From assembly GCA_050174015.1 (NCBI GenBank), contig JBFXKG010000009.1, positions 32,001-96,000 on the forward strand: DNA of 64,000 bases, written 5' to 3'. This stretch comes from Candidatus Krumholzibacteriia bacterium (lineage in GTDB: Bacteria; Krumholzibacteriota; Krumholzibacteriia; LZORAL124-64-63). The notes beneath the pieces are model-generated. The model had not been told where the DNA came from, searched no databases, and worked only from the letters and a program-made list of their open reading frames with translations. Shown piece after piece: positions 48,663 to 58,821 of this stretch (its first letter is position 1; the number at the start of each line of letters is the position of its first letter). A program made the position numbers and the translations under genes.

Positions 48663-49202
48663 ATGTCGCGCATTGGCAAGAACCCGATTCCCCTGCCCAC
48701 CGGGGTGACCGTCGCCATCGACGGGAACACCTCCATCGTGAAGGGCCCCAAGGGTGAACATCGGCAGCACATTCCCGGGGGCCTGGCCTTCGAGGAGAAG
48801 GATGGGCACTACCACGTGACGTGCCCCGAGGAGTCCAAGGCCTTGCGGGCCCGCCACGGCCTGGTACGGGCCCTGATCGCCAACCAGGTGGTCGGCGTGA
48901 CCGAGGGCTTCACCAAGAAGCTCGAGATCATCGGCGTGGGCTACCGGGCCGATGTCAAGGGCAAGGTGCTGGACCTGCAGCTGCAGTTCAGCCACCCGGT
49001 GGCTTACCCGATTCCCGAGGACGTGACCATCACCTGCCCGGACAACACGCACATCCACGTGTCCGGCGTCGACAAGCAGCGCGTCGGCCAGGTGGCCGCG
49101 GAGATCCGCTCCTACCGCAAGCCCGAGCCCTACAAGGGCAAGGGAATCCGGTACGAGGGTGAGGAAATCGTCAGGAAGGCCGGTAAGGCGGCCGGCAAGT
49201 AG
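48663..49202 (+). CDS. rplF: 50S ribosomal protein L6
   Basis: MSRIGK, GVGYRA and PEPYKGKGIRY motifs. Confidence 0.98.
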   Translation: MSRIGKNPIPLPTGVTVAIDGNTSIVKGPKGEHRQHIPGGLAFEEKDGHYHVTCPEESKALRARHGLVRALIANQVVGVTEGFTKKLEIIGVGYRADVKGKVLDLQLQFSHPVAYPIPEDVTITCPDNTHIHVSGVDKQRVGQVAAEIRSYRKPEPYKGKGIRYEGEEIVRKAGKAAGK

Positions 49203-49229
49203 GGCCCGCCAGGACCGCAGGAGACGACA

Positions 49230-49604
49230 ATGAACAGTGCCAGCAGTAAACGGATCAATGCCCGGCTCAAGCGGAAGATCGGCATCCGCAAGAAGATCCA
49301 GGGAACCGCGGAGCGGCCCCGGGTCACGGTGTTCAGGAGCCACAGGAACATCTACGCCCAGGTCGTGAACGACGCCGAGGGCGCCACCCTCCTGGCCTGC
49401 GACGGCAAGCGCGCGGCCCAGGTGGCGGTTCCCGAGGGTGTCGCCGGCAAGTGCGCCCAGGCCTACCTGGTGGGGCGCGCCGTCGCCGAGAAGGCCAAGG
49501 AGAAGGGGATCGCCGCGATGGTTTTCGACCGCAACGGCTATCTCTACCACGGGCGCGTCGCCGCCTTGGCCCGGGGACTCCGGGACGGCGGCATCGAGGT
49601 CTAG
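49230..49604 (+). CDS. rplR: 50S ribosomal protein L18
   Basis: RPRVTVFRS and FDRNGYLYHGRV motifs. Confidence 0.98.
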   Translation: MNSASSKRINARLKRKIGIRKKIQGTAERPRVTVFRSHRNIYAQVVNDAEGATLLACDGKRAAQVAVPEGVAGKCAQAYLVGRAVAEKAKEKGIAAMVFDRNGYLYHGRVAALARGLRDGGIEV

Positions 49605-49648
49605 ACCCAGTCCGGCGGCAGCCGGTCAGTTGAACAGGAGCAAATCAG

Positions 49649-50398
49649 ATGGCGGAATTCTCGAATCAGCGGACAGGTGGACCGGGCCAGGGCGGTGGCG
49701 GTGGCCGTGGTCGTGGTCCCGGCGGCCCCGGCGGGCGTGGCCCCGGTGGGCCCGGCGGCCCCGGCGGGCGTGGCCCCGGCGGCCCGGATCGTGGACGCGG
49801 GCGCGGACCGGGCGGACCCCGGACCGAGAACCGTGACGCGGGCGCGGGCTCGGACATGCACGAGAACGTTATCAACATCAACCGCGTGGCCAAGGTGGTC
49901 AAGGGCGGGCGCCGCTTCAGCTTCAGCGCCATCGTCACCGTCGGTGACGGCAAGGGCAAGGTCGGCGTCGCCATGGGCAAGGCCAACGAAATCGCCGACG
50001 CCATCCGCAAGGGCAGCGAGGGGGCCCGCAGCTCCCAGATCTCCGTGGCGATGCAGGGGGACACGATCCCCTACCAGGTCGTCGGGAGATTCGGCGCCAG
50101 CCGCGTCCTGCTCAAGCCCGCCTCTCCGGGTACCGGGATCATCGCCGCCGGAGGCGTCCGGGCCATCCTGGAGGCGGCCGGCGTGAAGAACATCCTGACC
50201 AAGCAGCTGGGGTCCCGGAATCCCAACAACGTGGTCAAGGCGACCATGGACGGGCTCAAGCAGCTGCGCACGGTCGAGGATTTCGCCGCCAAGCGCGGAA
50301 TCAGCGTCCGCGAGGTGCTCGGCCTCGAGAAGAAGGCCCCGGCCCCGGCCGCCGAACCGGCCGTGAAGCCGGAGGAGGAGACGGCCAACAATGAGTGA
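49649..50398 (+). CDS. rpsE: 30S ribosomal protein S5 with Gly/Pro/Arg-rich N-terminal extension
   Basis: [18 protein letters not shown] and [12 protein letters not shown] motifs. Confidence 0.98.
   Translation: MAEFSNQRTGGPGQGGGGGRGRGPGGPGGRGPGGPGGPGGRGPGGPDRGRGRGPGGPRTENRDAGAGSDMHENVININRVAKVVKGGRRFSFSAIVTVGDGKGKVGVAMGKANEIADAIRKGSEGARSSQISVAMQGDTIPYQVVGRFGASRVLLKPASPGTGIIAAGGVRAILEAAGVKNILTKQLGSRNPNNVVKATMDGLKQLRTVEDFAAKRGISVREVLGLEKKAPAPAAEPAVKPEEETANNE
49718..49779 (+). repeat. Tandem repeat (29-nt identical units, 33-nt period) in the rpsE 5' extension
   Basis: CCCGGCGGCCCCGGCGGGCGTGGCCCCGG at 49718 and 49751, encoding [10 protein letters not shown]. Confidence 0.85.
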
Positions 50399-50579
50399 CG
50401 CCAAGTTGAAGATCACCCAGGTCAAGAGCCTGATCGGGCGCCCGGAGAAGCACCGGCGCATCATCGAGGCCCTGGGAATCAAGCGGAATCAGACCTTCGT
50501 GGTGCACGATGATACCCCCGCGATCCGCGGCATGGTGTTCAAGGTCAAGCATCTGGTGACCGTGGAAGAGGTGAAGTAG
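50391..50579 (+). CDS. rpmD: 50S ribosomal protein L30
   Basis: [13 protein letters not shown] and [10 protein letters not shown] motifs. Confidence 0.97.
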   Translation: MSDAKLKITQVKSLIGRPEKHRRIIEALGIKRNQTFVVHDDTPAIRGMVFKVKHLVTVEEVK

Positions 50580-50581
50580 CC

Positions 50582-51031
50582 ATGCTCAAGCTCAACAATC
50601 TCGGCGCCCCCAAGGGAGCCAACCGGGACAAGAAACGCCGCGGGCGGGGCCCCGGCTCCGGCCAGGGCAAGACCGGCGGGCGCGGCCACAAGGGCCAGAA
50701 GGCCCGGTCCGGCGGCGGCATCCCGCCCTGGTTCGAAGGCGGTCAGATGCCCCTGAACCGGCGGCTGCCCAAGCGCGGATTCACCAACATCTTCAAGAAG
50801 AGCTACCAGTTGGTGAACATCGAGGCCCTGGACGCCAGCTTCGACGCCGACGCCAGGATCGACGCCGTCGCCCTGGCGCAGGCCGGACTCGTCAAGTACG
50901 CGGACCGGCCCGTGAAGCTCCTGGGCAGGGGCACGGTTGAGAAGAAGTTCCAGCTGGAGGTCGCCAAGGCCAGCAAGAGCGCCGTGGCCGCCGTGGAATC
51001 AGCCGGCGGGTCCGTCACCGTCACCGGTTAA
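50582..51031 (+). CDS. rplO: 50S ribosomal protein L15
   Basis: GRGPGSGQGKTGGRGHKGQKAR and FEGGQMPL motifs. Confidence 0.98.
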   Translation: MLKLNNLGAPKGANRDKKRRGRGPGSGQGKTGGRGHKGQKARSGGGIPPWFEGGQMPLNRRLPKRGFTNIFKKSYQLVNIEALDASFDADARIDAVALAQAGLVKYADRPVKLLGRGTVEKKFQLEVAKASKSAVAAVESAGGSVTVTG

Positions 51032-51069
51032 TCGGGTTTGGGTAACTTCAAGCCAAAGGAAGCTCTGCT

Positions 51070-52374
51070 TTGAACATCACCAGCAGCTACCGAAGCATGT
51101 TCAGGATACCGGAACTCAAGCGCCGGCTCCTGTTCACCGGCATGATCCTGCTGATCTACCGGCTGGGCGGGCACATCCCCACGCCCGGGATCAACCGCGC
51201 CGCCCTCGCCTCGTTCTTCGAGTCCCAGTCCGGATCGCTGATGGGGCTCTACGACATGTTCTCGGGGGGGAACCTGAGCAACGCCACCATCTTCGCCCTG
51301 GGCATCATGCCCTACATCAGCGCCTCGATCATCCTGCAGCTGATGCAGGCCGTGGTGCCGTATTTCGAGAAGCTGGCCAAGGAAGGTGAGGCGGGCCGGA
51401 AGAAGATCACCCAGTACACCCGACTGGGCACCGTCGGGCTGGCCCTGGTGCAGTCCTTCAGCATGGCCGCCGGACTCGAGCAGATGAGCGGCGGCATCGT
51501 CGCCCATCCCGGGATGGCCTTCAAGCTGTTGACCGCGGTGACCTTGACCGCGGGTACGGTCTTCGTCATGTGGCTGGGCGAGCAGATCACCGAGCGGGGC
51601 ATCGGCAACGGCATCTCCCTGATCATCTTCATCGGGATCGTGGCCAGGTACCCGACCGACATCCTGAACACCGGCCAGCAGCTGGCCAGCGGCGACATGC
51701 ACATCGTCAAGGCCCTGCTGATCGGGGTCTTCATGCTCTTCGTGATCGGCGGCATCATCGCCATCACGCAGGCCCAGCGGAAGATCCCCGTCCAGTACGC
51801 CAAGAAGATCGTGGGCCGCCGGGTCTACGGCGGAGCGAACACGCACATCCCCCTGAAGGTCAACACCGCCGGCGTGATCCCCATCATCTTCGCCCAGTCG
51901 ATCATCATGTTCCCCGGCACGCTGACGGCCATCTTTCCCGACAGCAGCTTCTTCACGACCCTGGGCATGCTGTTCCGTCCGCCCAATCCGGTCTACGTGA
52001 TCATCTACTCGGCCCTGATCATCCTGTTCGCCTACTTCTACACCGCGGTGATCCTGAACCCGGTCGACCTGGCGGACAACATGAAGAAGAACAGCGGCTT
52101 CATCCCCGGTGTGCGGCCGGGCAAGAAGACCGCCGAGTACATCGACCGGGTCCTGACCCGGGTCACCCTCCCGGGCGCGGTGTTCCTGGCGGTGATCGCC
52201 ATCCTGCCCGACCTGATGATCAGCCTGCTGAACGTGCCGTTCTATTTCGGCGGCACCGGCCTGCTGATCGTCGTGGGCGTCGCCCTGGACACCCTGCAGC
52301 AGATCGAATCCCACCTGGTGATGCGTCACTATGACGGGTTCATGAGCAAGGGCCGTCTGCGGGCGCGGAGGTAG
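51070..52374 (+). CDS. secY: Preprotein translocase subunit SecY
   Basis: LGIMPYISASII, GIGNGISL, GVIPIIFA and IPGVRPG motifs; TTG start. Confidence 0.98.
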   Translation: MNITSSYRSMFRIPELKRRLLFTGMILLIYRLGGHIPTPGINRAALASFFESQSGSLMGLYDMFSGGNLSNATIFALGIMPYISASIILQLMQAVVPYFEKLAKEGEAGRKKITQYTRLGTVGLALVQSFSMAAGLEQMSGGIVAHPGMAFKLLTAVTLTAGTVFVMWLGEQITERGIGNGISLIIFIGIVARYPTDILNTGQQLASGDMHIVKALLIGVFMLFVIGGIIAITQAQRKIPVQYAKKIVGRRVYGGANTHIPLKVNTAGVIPIIFAQSIIMFPGTLTAIFPDSSFFTTLGMLFRPPNPVYVIIYSALIILFAYFYTAVILNPVDLADNMKKNSGFIPGVRPGKKTAEYIDRVLTRVTLPGAVFLAVIAILPDLMISLLNVPFYFGGTGLLIVVGVALDTLQQIESHLVMRHYDGFMSKGRLRARR

Positions 52375-52376
52375 TG

Positions 52377-53048
52377 ATGAACATCGTCATCATGGGACCT
52401 CCGGGAGTGGGCAAGGGGACGCAGTCCCACGCCGTCACCGACAGCAAGGGTGTCGTTCACATCTCGACCGGGGACATCCTGCGGATGGGCGTCCGGAGCG
52501 GGAGCGAGCTGGGCCGGAAGGTCTACGACATCATGACCGCCGGCGACCTGGTGTCCGATGACCTGATGATGGAACTCGTGAAGGACCGTCTGTCCCGGGA
52601 TGACGTCAAGAACGGCTGGCTGCTGGACGGGTTCCCCCGGACCTACGTCCAGGCCGACGGCCTGATCGGGATGCTTGACGAGATCGGCCAGAAGATCGAT
52701 GCGGTCCTGGTGCTGCAGGCCCCGGCCGAGGAGATCGTCCGCCGGCTGGAGGGCCGCATCACCTGCCGGTCCTGCAACGAGGTGGCCAACCTGACGGGGT
52801 TCGCGGCGGTTCAGCCGAGGTTCTGCCCGTTCTGCGGGGCGAAGGAGGATCCCAAGCGCCCCGGCAAGCCCGCCCTCTACCAGCGGGCTGACGACAAGGA
52901 AGAGACCATCCGCCACCGGCTGGAGGTTTTCCGGAAACGGACCCTGCCCGCGGCCTGGAGGCTGGAGGAGCGGTACCCCCTGTACGAGATCGACGGCCTG
53001 GGCACGCCGGAAGAGGTGGGGGCGAGGATCGCCAGTGTCCTGGGGTAG
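52377..53048 (+). CDS. adk: Adenylate kinase
   Basis: GPPGVGKGTQ, HISTGDILR, LDGFPRT, Cys4 LID domain and QRADD. Confidence 0.95.
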   Translation: MNIVIMGPPGVGKGTQSHAVTDSKGVVHISTGDILRMGVRSGSELGRKVYDIMTAGDLVSDDLMMELVKDRLSRDDVKNGWLLDGFPRTYVQADGLIGMLDEIGQKIDAVLVLQAPAEEIVRRLEGRITCRSCNEVANLTGFAAVQPRFCPFCGAKEDPKRPGKPALYQRADDKEETIRHRLEVFRKRTLPAAWRLEERYPLYEIDGLGTPEEVGARIASVLG

Positions 53049-53823
53049 ACAGAACATCAAACTGAAGTCGGCTGCTCAGGTTGACAAAATGCAGGCCAGC
53101 GCCGAGATTTTGGCGTCCGTCTTCCTCGAACTCCGCAGGCTGGTCCGCCCCGGCGTGACCACCCTGGAGCTCGACGAGGCCATCGAAACCATGATCCGGG
53201 AAGCGGGCTGTGTCCCTTCTTTCAAGGGATATCACGGGTTCCCCGCGTCCGCGTGCATTTCGGTCAACGAGGAAGTCGTCCACGGCATACCCTCCCAGCG
53301 GGCCCTCGCCGAGGGCGACATCGTCGGGATCGACGTGGGCCTGATCAGGGACGGCTGGCATGCCGACAGCGCCGAGACCCTCCCCGTGGGGCGGGTGAGC
53401 GAGGAAGCCGCCGCCCTCCTGAGGGTGACCCGGGAATGCCTGGAGAGGGGCATCGCGGCCATCGTCCCCGGCGCGCGGATTTCGGCCATCGGGACGGCCA
53501 TCGAGTCCCACGCCAAGGCCCACGGCTTCTCGGTCGTGGAGTCCCTGGTGGGACACGGGATCGGACAGGACCTGCACGAGGATCCGCAGGTGCCGAACTT
53601 CAGATGCTTTACCATGCCGGATCCGGTCATGGAGGAGGGTCTGGTGATCGCCATCGAGCCGATGATCAATTGCGGGACCAAGCGGGTGAAGACGGCCCCC
53701 GACGAGTGGACGGTCATCACCGCGGACCGCGGACTTTCGGCTCATTTCGAGCATACGGTCGCAGTGACTTCCGCCGGGCCCCGCATCCTGACGCGGCGCG
53801 GCAGCGGAGTCGCCGCCTTCTGA
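53035..53823 (+). CDS. map: Methionine aminopeptidase type I
   Basis: [30 protein letters not shown] and SAHFEHT; GTG start overlapping adk (start uncertain). Confidence 0.96.
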   Translation: MSWGRQNIKLKSAAQVDKMQASAEILASVFLELRRLVRPGVTTLELDEAIETMIREAGCVPSFKGYHGFPASACISVNEEVVHGIPSQRALAEGDIVGIDVGLIRDGWHADSAETLPVGRVSEEAAALLRVTRECLERGIAAIVPGARISAIGTAIESHAKAHGFSVVESLVGHGIGQDLHEDPQVPNFRCFTMPDPVMEEGLVIAIEPMINCGTKRVKTAPDEWTVITADRGLSAHFEHTVAVTSAGPRILTRRGSGVAAF

Positions 53824-53834
53824 AGGGCAGAGCG

Positions 53835-54053
53835 ATGGCGAAGGAAGAAGGAATCAGCGTAGAAGGAACCGTCGTCGAGGCCCTGCCCAACGCGATGTTC
53901 CGGGTGGAGCTGGAGAACAAGCACGTCGTGCTGGCCCACGTTTCGGGGAAGATGCGCATGCACTTCATCCGGATCCTGCCGGGCGACAAGGTAACGGTCG
54001 AGCTGTCCCCGTACGACCTGACCCGGGGCCGCATCACCTACCGCTACAAATAG
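53835..54053 (+). CDS. infA: Translation initiation factor IF-1
   Basis: [15 protein letters not shown] and [13 protein letters not shown] motifs. Confidence 0.99.
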   Translation: MAKEEGISVEGTVVEALPNAMFRVELENKHVVLAHVSGKMRMHFIRILPGDKVTVELSPYDLTRGRITYRYK

Positions 54054-54103
54054 CAAGAGGTCGGGCGAGCGCTCCTCGGGGGCCGCCGACGGGAGGCACA
54101 GAG

Positions 54104-54217
54104 ATGAAGGTTCGCAGTTCGGTCAAGAAGATCTGCCCGAAATGCAAGGTTATCCGGCGCAAGGGTGTCGTGCGTGTGATCTGCGTGACGCGCCGCCACA
54201 ACCAGCGCCAGGGTTGA
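54104..54217 (+). CDS. rpmJ: 50S ribosomal protein L36
   Basis: [37 protein letters not shown]; absent from the ORF track because it is short. Confidence 0.97.
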   Translation: MKVRSSVKKICPKCKVIRRKGVVRVICVTRRHNQRQG

Positions 54218-54308
54218 TCATCCGTTCTGATGGTCGGAATGGGGTCCGCGGCGGCGACGGCGCACTGGTCGCCCGGCGCGGATCCGGAGAAGGACGAAAG
54301 GAGCCATA

Positions 54309-54677
54309 GTGGCGCGCATTGCCGGTGTGGATATTCCTAACAACAAGAGGATCGGGACCTCGCTGACGTACATCTACGGCATCGGTGACTACCGTGCCGT
54401 CGAGATCTGCCGGAAGGCGAGCATCGACCCCGAGACCAAGACCAGGGATCTGACTGAAGAGCAGACCCGGTCGATCATCGGGATCCTCGACAAGGAATAT
54501 CAGGTCGAAGGTACCTTGCGTACCGAAAACGCCATGAACCTGCAGCGTCTGATGGACATCGGATGCTACAGGGGTCTGCGGCACAGGCGGAAGCTGCCTT
54601 GCCGGGGCCAGAACACCAAGAACAACGCCCGGACCCGTAAAGGCCCCAAGGGGCGTCCCGGAGCCAAGAAGAAGTAG
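54309..54677 (+). CDS. rpsM: 30S ribosomal protein S13
   Basis: [18 protein letters not shown] and [14 protein letters not shown] motifs. Confidence 0.98.
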   Translation: MARIAGVDIPNNKRIGTSLTYIYGIGDYRAVEICRKASIDPETKTRDLTEEQTRSIIGILDKEYQVEGTLRTENAMNLQRLMDIGCYRGLRHRRKLPCRGQNTKNNARTRKGPKGRPGAKKK

Positions 54678-54705
54678 ATCGTAAGGATCTGCCAGGAGGT
54701 TTGAC

Positions 54706-55107
54706 GTGGCGACTGCCAAGGACAAACGGGGCAAGGCACGCAAGGCCAAGTTGAAACTGGATTCGGTGGGCGTCGCCCACGTGAAGTCCAGCTTCAACAA
54801 CACCCTCATCACCATGACCGACCTGCAGGGCAACGTGATCACGTGGTCCTCGGGCGGGCACCAGGGCCGGTACAAGGGCAGCCGCAAGTCGACCGCCTTC
54901 GCCGCCCAGCTCGCCGCCAGGTTCTGCGCCCAGGAAGTCATTTCCGGCGGGATGCGCAAGGTCGAGGTGTGGATCAAGGGTCCCGGGTCGGGCCGCGAGG
55001 CCGCCGTCCGGAGCCTGAAGGCCGAGGGCCTGGAAGTGACCAGGATCAAGGACTGCACTGCCATTCCCCACAACGGCTGCCGGCCCAAGAAGCGCCGTCG
55101 GCTGTAA
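54706..55107 (+). CDS. rpsK: 30S ribosomal protein S11
   Basis: SFNNT, GSRKST, GPGSGRE and PHNGCRP motifs. Confidence 0.98.
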   Translation: MATAKDKRGKARKAKLKLDSVGVAHVKSSFNNTLITMTDLQGNVITWSSGGHQGRYKGSRKSTAFAAQLAARFCAQEVISGGMRKVEVWIKGPGSGREAAVRSLKAEGLEVTRIKDCTAIPHNGCRPKKRRRL

Positions 55108-55164
55108 TTCCTAACTAGCGGGCGGTCCGGACGAGAAACCCGACCGTTCAGGAGGTTCATCAGA

Positions 55165-55794
55165 ATGGCCAGGTACACAGGCGCAAAGTGCAAGCTTTGC
55201 CGTCGTGAGGGGATGAAGCTTTTTCTCAAGGGCGAAAGGTGCTACAGCAGCTCCTGTGCCATCGAGCGCCGGCCGTACGGGCCGGGCGAGCATGGCCGTC
55301 GCCGCGGGCGTAAACCCTCGGACTACAAACTTCAGCTTCGTGAGAAGCAGAAGGTTCGTGCGATCTACGGCGTCCTGGAGCGTCAGTTCCGTCTGTACTT
55401 CGCCGAGGCGAACAGGCGGAAGGGCGCGACGGGTGAGAATCTCTTCAACCTTCTGGAGAAGCGTCTGGACAACGTCGTCTACCGGCTGGGCTTCGCGCCC
55501 TCCCGGGCGTCGGCCCGCCAGCTCATCCGGCACAAGCACATCCTCGTGGACGAGACCGTCTGCGACATCCCCAGCCGCCAGGTGCGCGTGGGGCAGACCG
55601 TGATGGTGCGCGTCAAGAGCCAGAACATTCCCCAGATCGTCACCTCCATCAAGGATTCCGCCAAGCGGGACAAGCTCCCCTTCGTCGAAAGCGACGGAAA
55701 GAAGATGCAGGGCCGTCTGTTGTCCGAACCCCAGCTGAGTGATCTGCCCATCCCGATCCAGGAGAACCTGATCGTGGAGCTCTACTCGAAGTAA
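55165..55794 (+). CDS. rpsD: 30S ribosomal protein S4
   Basis: CKLCRREG, QLREKQK, LEKRLDNVVYR and IVELYSK motifs. Confidence 0.98.
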   Translation: MARYTGAKCKLCRREGMKLFLKGERCYSSSCAIERRPYGPGEHGRRRGRKPSDYKLQLREKQKVRAIYGVLERQFRLYFAEANRRKGATGENLFNLLEKRLDNVVYRLGFAPSRASARQLIRHKHILVDETVCDIPSRQVRVGQTVMVRVKSQNIPQIVTSIKDSAKRDKLPFVESDGKKMQGRLLSEPQLSDLPIPIQENLIVELYSK

Positions 55795-55827
55795 GTCGTT
55801 ACCTGAGAGGAAGGGATGGAGATACTT

Positions 55828-56826
55828 ATGAAGTGGGTCAACATGATGATGCCCGACGGGGTGAAGGTGGCCAAGGAGTCCCAGTCGGACCACTATGCCG
55901 AGATCGAGATCGCTCCCCTGGAGCGCGGATTCGGGCATACCCTGGGCAACGCCTTGCGCCGCACCCTGCTCTCCTCGATCCACAGCCACGGCATCACCGC
56001 CGTGCAGATCGAGGGCGTCAAGCACGAGCTGAGCACGATTCCCGGCGTCCTCGAGGACGTCACGGACATCGTCCTGAATCTGAAGCAGGTGGTCTTCAAG
56101 CTCTCCGACGCGCCGTCCGGCTGGGCCGCCATCGACGCCACCGGCCCCGGAGTGGTCACGGCCTCGCTGATCGCCGGTCACCCGGACCTGGAAGTCGCCA
56201 ACCCCGACCACGTGATCTGCACCCTCACCGAGGAGCAGGACTTCAGCTGCCGGCTGTTCGTCGATATCGGCCGCAACTACGTGGACCGGGAGTCCCACGT
56301 GATCCCCGACGAGGTGATCGGCGTGATCCGCATGGACACGAACTTCTCCCCGGTGCGCAAGGTCAGCTTCCGGGTCGAGGACACCCGTGTCGGCCAGCGG
56401 ACCGACTACGACAAGCTCGTCCTCGGCATCACCACCAACGGTGCGGTGCGTCCCGAGGATGCGGTGGGCTTCGCGGCCAAGCTGCTCAAGGACCAGCTGC
56501 AGCTGTTCATCAACTTCGACGAGGCGCCCATCGACGCGCAGGAGATCGAAGTCAACGAGGAGCAGGTGCGCCTGGTCGAGCTGCTGGGGCGGAACGTGGA
56601 GGAGCTGGAGCTCTCGGTGCGTTCGGCCAACTGCCTGAAGTCGGGCCACATCAAGACCCTGTTCGACCTCGTCACCAAGAGCGAGCAGGAGATGCTCAAG
56701 TTCCGCAACTTCGGGCGCAAGAGCCTGAACGAGATCTCCGAGATCCTCGAGGGCATGAACCTGCAGTTCGGCATGGCCTTCGACCCCGAGATCGCCGAGA
56801 AGATCCGGGAGCGCACGGGCTCCTGA
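55828..56826 (+). CDS. rpoA: DNA-directed RNA polymerase subunit alpha
   Basis: PLERGFGHTLGNALRR, LSVRSANCL and NFGRKSL motifs; alternative start at 55816. Confidence 0.98.
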   Translation: MKWVNMMMPDGVKVAKESQSDHYAEIEIAPLERGFGHTLGNALRRTLLSSIHSHGITAVQIEGVKHELSTIPGVLEDVTDIVLNLKQVVFKLSDAPSGWAAIDATGPGVVTASLIAGHPDLEVANPDHVICTLTEEQDFSCRLFVDIGRNYVDRESHVIPDEVIGVIRMDTNFSPVRKVSFRVEDTRVGQRTDYDKLVLGITTNGAVRPEDAVGFAAKLLKDQLQLFINFDEAPIDAQEIEVNEEQVRLVELLGRNVEELELSVRSANCLKSGHIKTLFDLVTKSEQEMLKFRNFGRKSLNEISEILEGMNLQFGMAFDPEIAEKIRERTGS

Positions 56827-56906
56827 TGACCACGCGGCCCCGTGCCGACGCAGCCTGCGGCCGGCGAGTCCGGCCGACGCGAGATACGACAAGGATGGAA
56901 TGAGTC

Positions 56907-57443
56907 ATGCGACACAACGTCAGTGGACGCAAGCTGAACCGCACTCCGGCGCACCGGAAGATGCTTTACCGCAACCTGGTGACCTCGCTGTTCAAGCACG
57001 AGCGCATCCAGACCACCGTGCCCAAGGCCAAGGAAGCCCGCTCGCTCGCCGAGAAGCTGATCACCTTCGCCAAGCGCGGGGATCTGCATGCCCGGCGCAT
57101 GGCGGCCCGCAAGGTCAACGAGCCGGCGGTCCTGGCCAAGCTGTTCGAGGAGATCGGTCCCCGGTATTCGGAGCGTCCGGGCGGTTACACGCGCATCATG
57201 CGCCTGGGCAACCGCAAGGGCGACAACGCCGAACTGGCGATCCTGGAGCTGGTGGACACCAAGAAACGTCCCAAGGTGACCGATACGATGAAGCGCAAGC
57301 GCGCCCGCAAGATCCTCGAGGCCGAGGAGAGGGCGGAGGCCAAGGCCGCCCTGCTGGAGCAGGCCGAGGAGAAGGCCGCGGAGCAGGCCGAGGAGTCCGC
57401 TCCCGAAGTCGAGTCGAAGGACGAGGAGAAGAAGGAGGACTAG
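56907..57443 (+). CDS. rplQ: 50S ribosomal protein L17 with charged C-terminal tail
   Basis: MRH...[20 protein letters not shown] and RKGDNA motifs. Confidence 0.98.
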   Translation: MRHNVSGRKLNRTPAHRKMLYRNLVTSLFKHERIQTTVPKAKEARSLAEKLITFAKRGDLHARRMAARKVNEPAVLAKLFEEIGPRYSERPGGYTRIMRLGNRKGDNAELAILELVDTKKRPKVTDTMKRKRARKILEAEERAEAKAALLEQAEEKAAEQAEESAPEVESKDEEKKED

Positions 57444-57535
57444 TTCCCTCCACTCGCCGCTCCCCGACTCCGGGGCTGGGCCGGTTCGCCGCGCCCCCCG
57501 ACCGAACCGGATGCGGTGCTCGTCCAACCAAGGGA

Positions 57536-57570
57536 ACCCCCGGCGGGTCCACCGCCGGGGGTGTCTCTTT
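57536..57570 (+). terminator. Intrinsic terminator of the alpha operon
   Basis: CCCCCGGCGG-GTCCA-CCGCCGGGGG followed by TGTCTCTTT. Confidence 0.7.
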
Positions 57571-57612
57571 GTCCCCGATCCGTCAACGGAAACGGGCCTT
57601 CAATCTCCAAGC

Positions 57613-57641
57613 TTGATACTCCCGGGGGATTGGCCTAATTT
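57613..57641 (+). promoter_or_regulatory. Putative sigma70 promoter upstream of fabH
   Basis: TTGATA-N17-TAATTT. Confidence 0.55.
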
Positions 57642-57772
57642 CACCTGAAACGGAGCATTTGCTGCGGGCCGGCCGTTCGGCTGCCGCCCGTTTTTTCCAT
57701 GGGTTCCGCCGGCCGGCGAGCCGCCGCCGTCATCCCCGGATTCCACGCCACCCTCCCACGGAGGAATCGACC

Positions 57773-58780
57773 ATGGCCGCAAGGACGCTACTCACCGCCG
57801 GCATCACCGGGGTGGGCATGAGTTATCCCGATCGCATCATGACGAACCATGACCTGGAAAAGCTGGTCGAGACCAACGACCAGTGGATCATCGAGCGGAC
57901 GGGGATCAGGGAGCGCCGGATCGCCGACAAGGGCACCGGGGCGTCCTTCCACGGCGCCAAGGCCGCCCTGCAGGCGCTGGAGCGCGCCGGCGCGAAGCCG
58001 GAGGAGGTCGACCAGATCATCGTGCCCACGGTCACCCCGGACATGGTCTTCCCCGCCACAGCCTGCCTGATCGCCGACCTGATCGGCGCGAAGAACGCCT
58101 GGGGTTACGACCTGGAGGCGGCCTGCAGCGGCTTCCTCTTCGCGCTCCAGAACGCCCGGGCCCAGGTGGAGACCGGTGCGGCGGCGAAGGTCCTGGTCAT
58201 CGGCTCGGAGGTGATGTCCGCCATCCTGGACTGGGAGGACCGCAACACCTGCATCCTCTTCGGGGACGGGGCGGGGGCGGTCCTGGTCGAGAGCGTCGAC
58301 CCCGGGCGCGGCGGCATCATCGACGCCGTCAACGGCGTGGACGGGAAGGGCGCCCAGTTCCTCTACCAGACCGCCGGCGGCAGCCGGGTTCCCGCCAGCG
58401 TGGAGTCGGTCCAGGCGCGGCAGCACTTCGTCCACCAGGAGGGCCGGGAGGTCTTCAAGTTCGCGGTCAAGGGCATGGCCGCCGTGACGGAGCAGGTTCT
58501 CGAACGGAACGGATTCACCGGCGAGGACGTCAAGCTGCTGGTCCCCCACCAGGCCAACAACCGCATCATCGAGGCCACCCAGAGGCGGATCGGACTCCGG
58601 GACGACCAGGTCATGGTGACCATCGACAGGTTCGGCAACACGACCGCCGCCAGCATCCCCATGGCCCTGTGCATCGGCCTGGAAGAGGGGCGACTCCAGG
58701 AGGGGGATCTGGTCGTGCTGTGCGCCTTCGGCGCGGGGTTCACCTGGGGCGCGACCTTGCTGCGCTGGACCGCGGCGTGA
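57773..58780 (+). CDS. fabH: 3-oxoacyl-ACP synthase III
   Basis: WIIERTGIRERR, AACSGF, ILFGDGAGA, PHQAN, GNTTAASIP and FGAGFTWG (Cys-His-Asn triad). Confidence 0.96.
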   Translation: MAARTLLTAGITGVGMSYPDRIMTNHDLEKLVETNDQWIIERTGIRERRIADKGTGASFHGAKAALQALERAGAKPEEVDQIIVPTVTPDMVFPATACLIADLIGAKNAWGYDLEAACSGFLFALQNARAQVETGAAAKVLVIGSEVMSAILDWEDRNTCILFGDGAGAVLVESVDPGRGGIIDAVNGVDGKGAQFLYQTAGGSRVPASVESVQARQHFVHQEGREVFKFAVKGMAAVTEQVLERNGFTGEDVKLLVPHQANNRIIEATQRRIGLRDDQVMVTIDRFGNTTAASIPMALCIGLEEGRLQEGDLVVLCAFGAGFTWGATLLRWTAA

Positions 58781-58821
58781 GGCGGGGGGAGAGTTCCGGG
58801 CCTTTCCTGCATGGTGAGCCG

